Origin: Treponemataceae bacterium
GTDB lineage: Bacteria; Spirochaetota; Spirochaetia; Treponematales; Rectinemataceae
NCBI GenBank assembly: GCA_963678065.2
Contig: CAXXVZ010000002.1
Location: 256,001 to 320,000, forward strand
Length of the DNA: 64,000 nucleotides
Reading direction: 5' to 3'
The notes under the pieces were generated by a model, which ran no database searches, was not told the DNA's origin, and saw nothing but the letters and a program-made list of their open reading frames with translations. Each line of letters opens with the position of its first letter. The first letter of the stretch is position 1. The position numbers and the translations under genes were made by a program. Shown one piece after another: positions 46,366-56,252 of the stretch.

Positions 46366-47231
46366 AGCTGCACCTCCCGCTTCCTGAGGAAGGTGACCTG
46401 GAAGACCGAGATTACGAGTATGACGGCGAAGAGCACGAGGGCCAGGGCCGTCCCGTACCCCTGTCTGCCCTCGCCGAAGGCGACGCGGTAGATGATGTAG
46501 GTGACCGTCTCGGAAGTGAAGCCGGGACCTCCGTCCGTCATGACGGCTATCTGGTCGAAGACTTTCATCCCGTTCACGAGGGCGAGAGTGAGGTTGACGG
46601 TCATCGCGCCCGCGATGAGGGGGAAGATGACGCTCGAGAATTGCCGCAGTCGCCCCGCCCCGTCGATGCGCGCCGCCTCCATGAGTTCCTGGGGCACTCC
46701 CTGGAGCGCGGCGAGGTAGATGACCATGTAGTATCCCGCCCCCTGCCAGATAATCGTGAGGATAATCGCGGGAACCGTGAAGCGCGGGTTGCCGAGCCAG
46801 TCCGTTTTCAGCGCCGCGAGGCCCAGTTTCTGAAGCACAGCGTTGATGACGCCGAAGTTGTAGTTGTACATGATCGACCATATGAATCCGACCACGATGC
46901 CGCTCAGAAGGACAGGCAGGTAGAATATGGTCCGGAAAATATTCTTGCTCTCTCCGAGGTTGTCGACGATGAGGGCGAGGACGAGGGCGAGTCCGTTCCA
47001 TCCGATCGTCAGGGAGAGCGCTATCATGAGCGTGTTCCCGAGCGCGTGGCCGAATCGCTGGCTCGAGAGTATTTCGCGGAAATTGGCGAGCCCGATGAAG
47101 GGCATGACGGGATTGACCCCATCCCAGGACGTCAGGCTGAACCACACCGAACTCGCGATCGGCGCGAGGACGAAGCCCGCGTACAGGATGAAGGCCGGGG
47201 CGATGAAGGCCAGGGCCGTCGTCTTTTTCAT
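46362..47231 (-). CDS. Carbohydrate ABC permease (CUT1, MalF-like)
   Basis: FIGLANF, YLAALQGVPQELMEAARIDGA, MTDGGPG. Confidence 0.92.
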   Translation of the reverse strand: MKKTTALAFIAPAFILYAGFVLAPIASSVWFSLTSWDGVNPVMPFIGLANFREILSSQRFGHALGNTLMIALSLTIGWNGLALVLALIVDNLGESKNIFRTIFYLPVLLSGIVVGFIWSIMYNYNFGVINAVLQKLGLAALKTDWLGNPRFTVPAIILTIIWQGAGYYMVIYLAALQGVPQELMEAARIDGAGRLRQFSSVIFPLIAGAMTVNLTLALVNGMKVFDQIAVMTDGGPGFTSETVTYIIYRVAFGEGRQGYGTALALVLFAVILVISVFQVTFLRKREVQL

Positions 47232-47253
47232 TCTCTCCCCCCGACGCGCTGCC

Positions 47254-48525
47254 TTACTTCGGAATTCCGACCCCGGTCACGGGGTTGAAGGACTTGGCTT
47301 CGAGATCCCACTCGGCGTCGAGCCGCTTAAGCCCTTCGTCGAGACTCCCTCCGATGAGGAGTTCAGCAGCCGTCTTGTAGGCGAAGTTGCGGAAGGCGGG
47401 AGGCAGCTCGTTCAGGCTCACCTTGTTGTTCCACATGAGCTGTTTGGAAGGAACCTTTCCGTATACCGAGAGAACCTTTTCGAGCACGGGCGCGGCCTTG
47501 TAGTTGATCTCTTCGACCGTGGAGGGAATGGCGCTCATCGCGGAGGCGAACTTGACATAGTTGTCTTTCCTGAAGAAGAACTTGATGAAATCGACGCAGG
47601 CCTTGAGCCTGACCGGGTCCTTGGCGGCCTCGGCCGAGATCGCCCAACCCTGGGCAGTGGAGCCGCCGAAGAGATTCAGCTTGCCGTCGAGGGAAGGAAG
47701 CGGGAACCATCCGAGTTCGAAGGAGGGATCGGCGTCCTTGATCTGCTGGAACATCCAGGTGCCGGAGAAGAGCATGGCGGCCTTCCCGCTCACGAGGATG
47801 GATGCTGTCTGATTGTCGGCCGTGGAGAGGAAGCCAGGGTCGACATAGCCTGCGCGGAAAAGGTCGACGAAGGCCTGCATGCCGCGGCGGGGCTCGGCGT
47901 CCGTCCACTTCACCTTGCCTCGGTAGCGGTCGGCGATCCAGTTGGGATTCTTCGCGGTGACTTCGTCGAAGAAATACTTGCTCCAGAGGAAGCCGAGGTG
48001 CCAGATATCCTTGCCGCCCACGACCATCGGGGAGACGCTCTTCGCCTTGATCTTGTCGCAGAGTTCGGTGAACTCCTTGTAGGTCTTGGGCTCGGAGAGC
48101 TTGTTGTCGCGGAAGAATTTCGCGTTGTACATCATGCCGAGCGGAGCCTGAGCCATAAGGGAGACCGTGTAGACCTTGCCGTCGAACTGTACGGGATTTT
48201 CGACGAGGTCGACGACTTCCGCGGGCAGGACGGCGAGCTTCCCGGCGCGCACGTACATAGGCGTGTCGCGCATCTCGATCAGGTCGGGGAATTCGCCCAC
48301 CGCGTCTTTGACCTTGATGAAATCGAGGTAGGGGCCGGAGGGAGAGGGATATTCCGTCACCTTCACGCCGGGATTCGCCTTCATGAAGGCGGCCACGGAA
48401 TTGGAGATCAGTTCCTTGGCGAGCGGATCTCCGCCCGCGTAGATCATGGAAATCTTGATCTGCGCCGACGCGATGCCGGCCGCCATCGCGAGGGCTAGCG
48501 CTGCCATCACCAGTTTCTTCGACAT
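47254..48525 (-). CDS. Carbohydrate ABC substrate-binding protein
   Basis: Signal peptide MSKKLVMAALALAMAAGIASA; GEFPDL, MMYNAKFF, PKTYKEF, GKAAMLFSGTW. Confidence 0.92.
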   Translation of the reverse strand: MSKKLVMAALALAMAAGIASAQIKISMIYAGGDPLAKELISNSVAAFMKANPGVKVTEYPSPSGPYLDFIKVKDAVGEFPDLIEMRDTPMYVRAGKLAVLPAEVVDLVENPVQFDGKVYTVSLMAQAPLGMMYNAKFFRDNKLSEPKTYKEFTELCDKIKAKSVSPMVVGGKDIWHLGFLWSKYFFDEVTAKNPNWIADRYRGKVKWTDAEPRRGMQAFVDLFRAGYVDPGFLSTADNQTASILVSGKAAMLFSGTWMFQQIKDADPSFELGWFPLPSLDGKLNLFGGSTAQGWAISAEAAKDPVRLKACVDFIKFFFRKDNYVKFASAMSAIPSTVEEINYKAAPVLEKVLSVYGKVPSKQLMWNNKVSLNELPPAFRNFAYKTAAELLIGGSLDEGLKRLDAEWDLEAKSFNPVTGVGIPK

Positions 48526-48644
48526 AGGGACCCCCTGTTATCATTCACGCGCTTCTCTCCCCGTGGATGTCCGGACTCGCCCGGCGGGGAAGAATGCGCA
48601 TTCTCTGCAGCATCATGGTGGGGGCGAATTCCCGAATCCGCAAT

Positions 48645-48683
48645 GCGGCCTTTTTAGTGACTTGCTGCCTGATTTTTAAGCAC
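48645..48683 (-). promoter_or_regulatory. Direct repeat (22-nt period), candidate binding site of the AraC-type response regulator
   Basis: gcggccTTTTTAgtgAC and gcctgaTTTTTAagcAC upstream of a minus-strand CATGAT -10 with a poor -35. Confidence 0.35.
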
Positions 48684-48845
48684 GTGCCCCCTGTCGGCCA
48701 GAATCGGGGATGCCACTCCTTGCGCCCTTTCCGGACGGAATGAATACTGCGTGGGCAGGCGGCAGACCTGAAAGCGGCGCGGGCCCGGCGACCGCCTGTC
48801 GGCCCATCACGACTCACAGCAACAGGCCGCGGCAGGGAGAGCGAA

Positions 48846-51086
48846 ATGACGGACGCGAAGAACGACGAACCCTTCATCAACATCTGGTTCGGCAATTTCT
48901 ACGAGCCGGCCTACAGCGACAGGAGCTTCGTGGACCACGCCCTCGACGAGATACGGGAACTCGGCTTCAACAATGTCATGCTGGACTCGAAATCCTGGGA
49001 AGACTTCTTCGCGCGCTACGATGGCGCCCAGGCGAGCCCCTATGTGCACATGCAGGAATACATGATGGAAGCGATGCGTTCGCGTTCGCTGTCGCATAAC
49101 TTCCTCGCCATCTACCTCAACGGGGACAACCTCTATCCCCACATCCGTTTCAGCCCTCCCGTCTACGGCGAATCCGTGACAGCCGCCGACGGAAGCGACG
49201 GGCGCTGGTACAAATACTGGTCACCGAAAGCCCGCGACCTGATGATCTCCCACGTGGCCGGCCTCTTGCGTCTTTATCGCGACAATCACTCCGAATTGAA
49301 AGTCGACGGCCGCATCCGCCTTCCCCTGTGCAGCATGTGGGACCCCATCGTCGCCCCGAGCTTCGACGACGAAGGCATCGCGCGCTACCGGTCCTGGCTG
49401 GCCGCGGAGTACGGCCGCGACATCGGGCGGCTCAACGGTGCCTACGGGAGCGAGTTCGCCGGATTCGACGAGCTCGCTCCCGCCGATTACTGGTACCCGC
49501 TCAAGTACGGCGCGGCCACCCTGTTCACCAAAGACGATGTCGATGCCCTTTCGCCGGCCTTCCGGATCTGGACCGACAACATGAAGTGGAGGTTATTCGA
49601 ACTCGCAGACTATTTCGCCGCCATGAAAACCCGTTTCGCGGCCCTGGACTCCGGACTCTGGCTGAGTCCGAACATCAGCCAGTGGAACATCTTCCTCAAC
49701 ATCAACGGCTCGCGGCTTCCCGGAGTCTCCTTCGGCGACCTCTGGGACACGGCCAACCGCGGCATCGATCCCTTCGTCCTTTGCGACACTGTGGACAACT
49801 GCACGTTCACGGTCGTGCCTGTCAGTCCGCAGGGAGACGCCGACGCTTACGTCGCGGCCTGCCAGGCCGCCATGATACGGAGCATGAACCGCGGCAGGGA
49901 TTTCACGGTCGGCATCTTCTTCGGCCGCTTCCTGTACAACGACATCTACCGTTGCGTCAGCCCCGCCGAGACGGTCGCGAGCGTCGTCGCCTCGGGCGCG
50001 TCCGGCTACTTCGTCTACGGCTACGGCGGCATGGACGACGGCGGCATCATGCACAGGATGGACCCGGCCTTCAAGGAATCGATCCGTGCGGGAAATGCCT
50101 GGGCGAAGGAAGTCATCCCCCTTCTCGGCGCGAAAAAATCGGATGGCATCGCCATCCTCTACCCCTCGGCCATGGCACTCCTCGAACCTCTCGGCGTAGA
50201 GGGCAATGAGGAGAGGAGGCTGGATTTTCTCGGCTCGTACCGCTCGGCGTGCGACTCAGGCTTCCATCCCGACATCCTCTCGATAGAACAGATCGCCGAA
50301 GGCGGGCTCGAGGGCTACTCGACTCTCGTCATCCCCGCCGACGACTGCTACGCCGCACGGCCGGTTCCCGAAGCCGAGCGGAGGCTCGACGAATGGGTCC
50401 GCGCAGGTGGCACTCTCATCCACGGCCCGCGCGACCGCCTTGTCAAAAACGCCTTCGGGATCGAGGGGCGCCGGATGGAAAAGGATTGCATGCTCTACCA
50501 CGAAAAAGCGCTCGTGCAGGGCAGCGATTTCGAGTCTTTCTCTGAAGGGGAGGCTGTGGCCACGTGGATCGGAAGCGGTGGAATCTGCGTCGCGCGCCAC
50601 GGCAGAGGCGCCGGCCGGATCTACTCCTTCGGATTCAGATACGGCTACTCATATATCGCCCGCATCGCGCCCCACGTCCCGCAGGAACAGGGGAACCAGG
50701 AGTTGTACCCTGTCGCCTACCTGTCGCGCGATCCGTTCAGGGACATCCTCGCCGCGGACTTTGCCGATCGAGCTGGGGATATCGGCCCGAATGCCGGTCG
50801 CAGCCCCTGCCGGGGAGTCAAGGACATCGAGTTCGCCGCCTTCGAAAACGGGCTCGTCATTGTAAATCATTCGTCCTACCCGTACAGACTGGATGATCCG
50901 GCACGCGTCGACGCGGCCACAACCGCCGTCGCTGCTGGGGGCGGAGCGGCGGGCACAAATCCGGACATGGGCGCGCTCAGGTCTGGGGCTGGACAGCGGC
51001 ATTTCCAGATACCGGCGGGCAATGACATCCTCATGCCCCATTCGGCGGTGTTCATCGGAAGGCGCGGGAATCTACGGCCTGTCTAG
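48846..51086 (+). CDS. GH42-like TIM-barrel protein with trimerisation domain, non-canonical active site
   Basis: LDEIRELGFNNV, YRSWLAAEYGRDIGRLNGAYGSEFAGFDE, IAILYP, YSTLVIP...WVRAGGTLI. Confidence 0.6.
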   Translation: MTDAKNDEPFINIWFGNFYEPAYSDRSFVDHALDEIRELGFNNVMLDSKSWEDFFARYDGAQASPYVHMQEYMMEAMRSRSLSHNFLAIYLNGDNLYPHIRFSPPVYGESVTAADGSDGRWYKYWSPKARDLMISHVAGLLRLYRDNHSELKVDGRIRLPLCSMWDPIVAPSFDDEGIARYRSWLAAEYGRDIGRLNGAYGSEFAGFDELAPADYWYPLKYGAATLFTKDDVDALSPAFRIWTDNMKWRLFELADYFAAMKTRFAALDSGLWLSPNISQWNIFLNINGSRLPGVSFGDLWDTANRGIDPFVLCDTVDNCTFTVVPVSPQGDADAYVAACQAAMIRSMNRGRDFTVGIFFGRFLYNDIYRCVSPAETVASVVASGASGYFVYGYGGMDDGGIMHRMDPAFKESIRAGNAWAKEVIPLLGAKKSDGIAILYPSAMALLEPLGVEGNEERRLDFLGSYRSACDSGFHPDILSIEQIAEGGLEGYSTLVIPADDCYAARPVPEAERRLDEWVRAGGTLIHGPRDRLVKNAFGIEGRRMEKDCMLYHEKALVQGSDFESFSEGEAVATWIGSGGICVARHGRGAGRIYSFGFRYGYSYIARIAPHVPQEQGNQELYPVAYLSRDPFRDILAADFADRAGDIGPNAGRSPCRGVKDIEFAAFENGLVIVNHSSYPYRLDDPARVDAATTAVAAGGGAAGTNPDMGALRSGAGQRHFQIPAGNDILMPHSAVFIGRRGNLRPV

Positions 51087-51316
51087 ACCATGAAAGCCGA
51101 CGGTCATAAGCCGCATCGACATCCACATCATGTCTTTGACAAATTGCCCGCGGCAAAAGCTCCGGAAAAAATTCGACTGTCGCTGTATCGTCTCGACCTG
51201 TCGGACCATTGAACGCTTCCCGGAGGGGTGGGTGTATTGCTTGCTTTGGGCTGTACGGGATGGCCCTGTCTCGCTGGCACCAAGTACTTCAGTCGACGCA
51301 ATACCCGCACAACCTG

Positions 51317-51715
51317 TCAGTACGCACATCCGGAGACGAGGATCACGTTGCCGCAGTGAATGCCAAAGTCGCCGGTGCGAATGACAGCGAATGACTTCTT
51401 CATCTCCGCGTGGAACTGCGGCCCCTGTACGAACTCAATGGGGATACCGTCCAGCAGTTTTTCGAGCTTCAAAAGCGTTTCCGGCGCACGCTCATGGATT
51501 TCGGTAGTGATGATCGCCCGTTCGACGCAGAACTCTGCGAGGACACCTTCGAGTACTTGCGCGTTTGTCGGAACATTCGGGATAAACGAAAGATCGACTA
51601 GTTCGACGTCATCCGGAATTCCAAAACCGGAATCGACAATCGCCACGTATTTCCTGTGGCCCGCACTCGCCAGCGCCCGCTTCAACTGCGGATTGAGAAT
51701 TCCGCCTCTTATCAT
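51317..51715 (-). CDS. RbsD/FucU-family pyranase or mutarotase
   Basis: GILNPQL...AGHRKYVAIVDSGFGIP, VDLS, AVIRTGD, NVILVSG; conserved N-terminal His. Confidence 0.88.
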   Translation of the reverse strand: MIRGGILNPQLKRALASAGHRKYVAIVDSGFGIPDDVELVDLSFIPNVPTNAQVLEGVLAEFCVERAIITTEIHERAPETLLKLEKLLDGIPIEFVQGPQFHAEMKKSFAVIRTGDFGIHCGNVILVSGCAY

Positions 51716-51763
51716 GCCATCCCTCCGAAACTCGAAATCATTTGTTGCGCTTTTATTGAAGAA

Positions 51764-52735
51764 TCAATACGCCTCTTTCCACATGTATCGTCTCTTTGAC
51801 ATAGGGTGGTTTCTGATCTCAGCCATTATTGAAACCACATAACGCTCGACCGGAATCATCACTACGGGATTGAAAAATTCGACTACCGCATCGCTTATGG
51901 CGTTCAGACCCAAGTCCCTCGCGTCAATTACGGTTACCTTGGACGCGTGCTTCTTGAGGAACGCAAGACAGCGTTCGTCGAGAGGTCGCGTACGTCCTTC
52001 ACTCATAAAGAGTATTATCGGCAAGTTCCTGTCGGTGGTCTCGAATGGTCCGTGAAAATACTCGCCGGTATGAATGACTACGGCATGCTTCCATTGCATT
52101 TCCATAAAGTGGCATGCGGCCATAGTATAGGCAGTGCCGAAATTCGATCCGCTTGCCATCACATAGAATATTTCTTCATCCTTGTACTTTTCCGCAAATT
52201 CTTTTCCGATCGGCAAGATATACTTTTTAGCTTTGGAGACGATCAGGTCGATTTTTTCGAATGCTTCCATCGCTTCAGGGTATTCGCTGTATCCCTCGAA
52301 TTGTTCCAGGATCTCGAATCCCAGACGAAGCGATATCGCCTGATTTGCCTGACTATAAACCTGATCGTCGCCGTTGGAATACACTACGACATACCGGGCA
52401 TTTGCGGCCATTGGCGTATCCGGCCGCCCTGTCATCGCTATCGTCAATGCGCCTCTTGAATTGGCGACTTTGACCGCCTCTACGGTCTCACGAGTTCCTT
52501 GCAAGGAACACAGGATGCATATACACCGTTCATCCAATGCATCAGGTGCCGCATGAACGAACTCATTGCTTGTGTATAACCCTACACCAAAGGATTTTGC
52601 CTTGCTCGCGAGGAGGTATTTCCCTGGATAAATGGCCGCCAAGGATCCGCCACAACTGATGAAATACACGGCTTTAAGCCCGCCGGCAGCAGTTATCCTC
52701 GTCTTGATATCTGCGATGATGTTCTTCACGTCCAT
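51764..52735 (-). CDS. frlB: Fructosamine-6-phosphate deglycase (SIS domain, FrlB-like)
   Basis: VYFISCGGS, YTSNEF, GTRETV, CHFMEMQW, HTGEYFHGPFE, GRTRPLDER, HPMSKRRYMWK; ATG 52735 after AAGGAG. Confidence 0.88.
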   Translation of the reverse strand: MDVKNIIADIKTRITAAGGLKAVYFISCGGSLAAIYPGKYLLASKAKSFGVGLYTSNEFVHAAPDALDERCICILCSLQGTRETVEAVKVANSRGALTIAMTGRPDTPMAANARYVVVYSNGDDQVYSQANQAISLRLGFEILEQFEGYSEYPEAMEAFEKIDLIVSKAKKYILPIGKEFAEKYKDEEIFYVMASGSNFGTAYTMAACHFMEMQWKHAVVIHTGEYFHGPFETTDRNLPIILFMSEGRTRPLDERCLAFLKKHASKVTVIDARDLGLNAISDAVVEFFNPVVMIPVERYVVSIMAEIRNHPMSKRRYMWKEAY

Positions 52736-52756
52736 GACCAAGCTCCTTCCTCCAGG

Positions 52757-52784
52757 GTGTCCCGCCCGGGTCCGGGCGGGACAC
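52757..52784. other. Perfect GC-rich hairpin between the SBP gene and frlB
   Basis: GTGTCCCGCCCGG-GT-CCGGGCGGGACAC. Confidence 0.6.
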
Positions 52785-52799
52785 TGATTCGCTGTCTGT

Positions 52800-54374
52800 T
52801 TACTTGCTTACGACGACATCTTCGAGTGTAATTCCCGAAATGAACGTCAGGATGCCATCGAGATTCTTGAAATTGCTGACCTTATTGCTGCGAGCAAAGC
52901 ACTGCTCTCTGTAATTAATGTAGACAAATGGAGACAGATCGAGAGCTCTGAGTCTGAACTTGTCGTATATGGCAGCGCGTTTGGCCGGATCGAATGTCCG
53001 CCTGCCTTCAGCGAGCAGCTTTTCGATCTCATCGTCCTGGAACCATGCGGAGCTGTTGAGCCGGGGCTCGCCGCCAGCAAAGTAATTCGCGCACCAATCC
53101 ATGTCGACAATATTTCCTGTCGTACCGGTGATCAGGAAGTCGTATTGCCCTTTATTGGTCCTGTCGATGCGGGTGGCCCAATCCGGCAGTTCAACCTCGA
53201 CGGTTATGCCGATCTTCTTGAGACTGTCCTGGATCACAAGAGCGGTTTGCTTGTGCATCTCGTAGGTTGCGGTCGAGAGCATTTTGACCTTGAAACCGTT
53301 GGGGAAACCGGCCTCGGCGAGAAGCGCTTTGGCCTTCGCAAGATCGTACGAGAAGTACTTGTCGTACTTGCCATCGTAGCCGTTCTGCCCCAAGCGCGTC
53401 GGGAATCCGAAGATCTGGGTTCCTCTGCCCATAAATGCCGTATCGATGACAGCCTGCCTGTCGACTGCGTAGGCTACAGCTTTTCTGATTCTTGAATCAG
53501 CAAAGATGCTTCCTTTCTGGCAATTGAACTGGATCATCATGAACGGCGCTTCGGAAATATCGACTATAATTCCTTTTTCTTTCTGGAAGTTGATTACTTC
53601 CTTTGAAGGCACGTAATCAATAAGATCGACTTCCCCGGACCTGAGCGCATTTGCTCTCGTTGTATCATCGGTATAGAAAACGAACCGCAGTGTCTTTGTT
53701 GCCGGCTTATTCGGTTTATAGAATCCATTGACCGCGGTGAGCACGATCTCGCGGCCCTTTTCCCACTTTGTGAACTTATAGGGACCGCTTCCCATGGGGT
53801 TGGCATCGAGATCATTGTTGTGGGATTGGGTCCAGGCTTTTGAAACGATGGCGCTCTCAGGCAAGGCAAGATAATCGATAAAGGGAGCGACCGGCGCTTT
53901 CAGGATGATCTTGACGACCTTTGCCGATACCACTTCGCAACGATCGACGAGGGTTCTGAAATCAGCGCCGAACGTTGCTTTTGTCTTGGTATCCATGATC
54001 CGTTCGATCGAGAACTTTACATCTTCGGCAGTTACCGTTGTACCGTCGTGGAATGTCGCATTCGGTTTTATTTTGAATGTAAAGGTCAGGCCATCGTTTG
54101 ATACTGTATATGATTCCGCAACCTCGTACCCGATTTTCCCGTCGGCCTCGTAGCTGACAAGGCCACGATATACATTCTGCTTGATGATCCGGGTAGCTTG
54201 ACCTGACTGCATATGGGGATCCATGGTTGCAGGTTCCAGGCTAAGACCCATTCTGAGTTCATCCACCAAGCCGCTCGATGCGGCTGTGGCGCCTCCCGCT
54301 GCTCCGACCGCCAGCGTGCTTGCCAGCAACAGCGCGACTACGAAGCACGACTTGAAAAGCTTCAAACGCTTCAT
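52800..54374 (-). CDS. Opp/Dpp-family (family 5) substrate-binding protein
   Basis: Signal peptide; EPATMDP, FHDGTTVTAEDVKFS, GSGPYKF, RIRKAVAYAVDR, YDLAKAKALLAEAG. Confidence 0.92.
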   Translation of the reverse strand: MKRLKLFKSCFVVALLLASTLAVGAAGGATAASSGLVDELRMGLSLEPATMDPHMQSGQATRIIKQNVYRGLVSYEADGKIGYEVAESYTVSNDGLTFTFKIKPNATFHDGTTVTAEDVKFSIERIMDTKTKATFGADFRTLVDRCEVVSAKVVKIILKAPVAPFIDYLALPESAIVSKAWTQSHNNDLDANPMGSGPYKFTKWEKGREIVLTAVNGFYKPNKPATKTLRFVFYTDDTTRANALRSGEVDLIDYVPSKEVINFQKEKGIIVDISEAPFMMIQFNCQKGSIFADSRIRKAVAYAVDRQAVIDTAFMGRGTQIFGFPTRLGQNGYDGKYDKYFSYDLAKAKALLAEAGFPNGFKVKMLSTATYEMHKQTALVIQDSLKKIGITVEVELPDWATRIDRTNKGQYDFLITGTTGNIVDMDWCANYFAGGEPRLNSSAWFQDDEIEKLLAEGRRTFDPAKRAAIYDKFRLRALDLSPFVYINYREQCFARSNKVSNFKNLDGILTFISGITLEDVVVSK

Positions 54375-54462
54375 ACACTTCCTCCTTCACCCACCGCACG
54401 ATATCCGTCTGCCTCCAAGGTGGTTCGCAACGAAGCGACTCCCCGAAGACATAAATCCCCTG

Positions 54463-55299
54463 TCAAAAACCATCCTTGAGCTTAGGATCAAGAACGTCAC
54501 GAAGCGCGTCACCTAAAAGGTTCGTTGCAAGGATCATCAGACTGAGAAGAAGCGCGGGCCAGACCATATACATGATGTTCACGGACAGATAGTTTTTGGC
54601 GTCTCCGATCATTTGTCCCCACGAAGGATCCGGAGGTTGAACTCCCAAACCAAGGAAGCTCAAACCTGATTCCAGAAGAATCGCATTTGCGATGGTCAGA
54701 CTTATTTGAATCATGATCGGCGAAAAGATATTGGGGATGATCGACTTTGCCATCACCCGAAGGGAACTGGATCCGATGGATATGTCGCTTTCGACGAATT
54801 CCAGTTTTTTGATTTGAAGCGTTGCCGCAAATGACAATCTGGCGAAGTGCGGCGTATAAAGGATACCCACAGCGATCGTCAGGTTTTTTATGCCGGCTCC
54901 CCACAAGCCTACCACCATCATTGCGAGGAGTATCGGAGGAAAACACAGTATGATCTCCACCGCCCGCATGAGCGCGTTTCCGACGCGGCCGCCTACATAT
55001 GCGCCCGTCACACCGATGATCGTCCCGGAGATCAAGGCAATGATGGTTCCCACGATTGCGACAGTGATGGAAGGGCGTATTCCCACGATCAACCGACTGG
55101 CTATGCTTCGGCCAAATTCATCGGTGCCAAGCGGGTAGCTTGCCGACATTGGCTTGAGAATTTCCTTCGTATTCATCGCGCGGGGATCATGTCTGATGAA
55201 CGATGGCCCGAATATCGCGATGAACGCGAGGGGGATCAGTATCGCGAGACTTACTACGAATTTCGAGTTGTGAGCGCACCTTTTGAGTGTATCCATCAT
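54463..55299 (-). CDS. Opp/Dpp-family permease (C-type)
   Basis: LGTDEFGR, ESGLSFLGLGVQPPDPSWG, NLLGDALRDVLDPK. Confidence 0.92.
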   Translation of the reverse strand: MMDTLKRCAHNSKFVVSLAILIPLAFIAIFGPSFIRHDPRAMNTKEILKPMSASYPLGTDEFGRSIASRLIVGIRPSITVAIVGTIIALISGTIIGVTGAYVGGRVGNALMRAVEIILCFPPILLAMMVVGLWGAGIKNLTIAVGILYTPHFARLSFAATLQIKKLEFVESDISIGSSSLRVMAKSIIPNIFSPIMIQISLTIANAILLESGLSFLGLGVQPPDPSWGQMIGDAKNYLSVNIMYMVWPALLLSLMILATNLLGDALRDVLDPKLKDGF

Positions 55300-56252
55300 C
55301 CCACCTCCGCTCTCGCCCGTGGATCCACTACGCCATACAAAACATCAACGAGGAGATTGGCGAGGATGAACAGGGATGACATTACGAGGAGACAGCCTTG
55401 AATCAGGGGATAGTCTCTATGGTTTATTGCCTTGACCAAAAGCGTCGCCAAACCAGGCCAATTGAATACGTATTCGCACAGTACTGTGCCGCCGATCAGG
55501 TTCCCGAGTTGGAGCCCTATGATTGTGATCACCGGGATGATCGCATTCCGGATTACGTGTCGCCTGATGACAACCCGTTCCGGCAACCCCTTGGCCCTCA
55601 GCGCGCGCACCGAATCGCGCGACAGCGCCTCGAGCATGGATGACCGGGTCATACGCATGATTGAAGCCGCGAGACCTAGAGCCAATGTACTGGCAGGAAG
55701 TACCAGCTTCAGAATGTGCTTCAAGGGATTTTGTGAAAAATCGGTATAGCCGCTGGATGGCAGAATCTTCAGCTTCAGGGCGAATGCGACAACAAGCAGA
55801 TATCCCAGGACATAGACAGGAATTGAATTTCCTACAGAGGCGGCTACAGTCAGGGCCATATCAGACAATTTGCCTCGTTTCAACGCTGCCCAGATGCCAA
55901 ATGGTATTCCAATGAAGCAGGCAAGAATCAGTGAGGATATCGCGAGTTCCAAAGTCCTCGGCAACCTCGAAGCTATCGATACGCTGACACGCTCGCGCTC
56001 GCTGTACGATTTCCCCAAGTCGCCGCGCGACAAATGTAAAAGCCAATTGCCATATTGGACGAGCACAGGCTTGTCCAGACCGAGTTCTGCCCGCAACTCC
56101 GCGACTACGGCCGGATCAGGCGCGGTGTCGGTGCCGAGCATCATGAGAACAGGATCGCCGGGCATCATCAAGTCGGCGAAGAAGACTATCGTCATGACGA
56201 CTATGACTTGTACTAAAGCCATGGACAAACGTCTTGCCAAAAAACGAATCAT
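55296..56252 (-). CDS. Opp/Dpp-family permease (B-type)
   Basis: Start MIRFLARR at 56252; MPGDP, LGLDKPVLVQY, RAKGL, HVIRNA, RDYPLIQG. Confidence 0.92.
   Translation of the reverse strand: MIRFLARRLSMALVQVIVVMTIVFFADLMMPGDPVLMMLGTDTAPDPAVVAELRAELGLDKPVLVQYGNWLLHLSRGDLGKSYSERERVSVSIASRLPRTLELAISSLILACFIGIPFGIWAALKRGKLSDMALTVAASVGNSIPVYVLGYLLVVAFALKLKILPSSGYTDFSQNPLKHILKLVLPASTLALGLAASIMRMTRSSMLEALSRDSVRALRAKGLPERVVIRRHVIRNAIIPVITIIGLQLGNLIGGTVLCEYVFNWPGLATLLVKAINHRDYPLIQGCLLVMSSLFILANLLVDVLYGVVDPRARAEVG

Noticed and set aside
51072..51384. Small ORFs at the GC junction (60-85 aa)
   Set aside because: No RBS, motif or consistent frame. They cannot be supported as genes or as an IS remnant.
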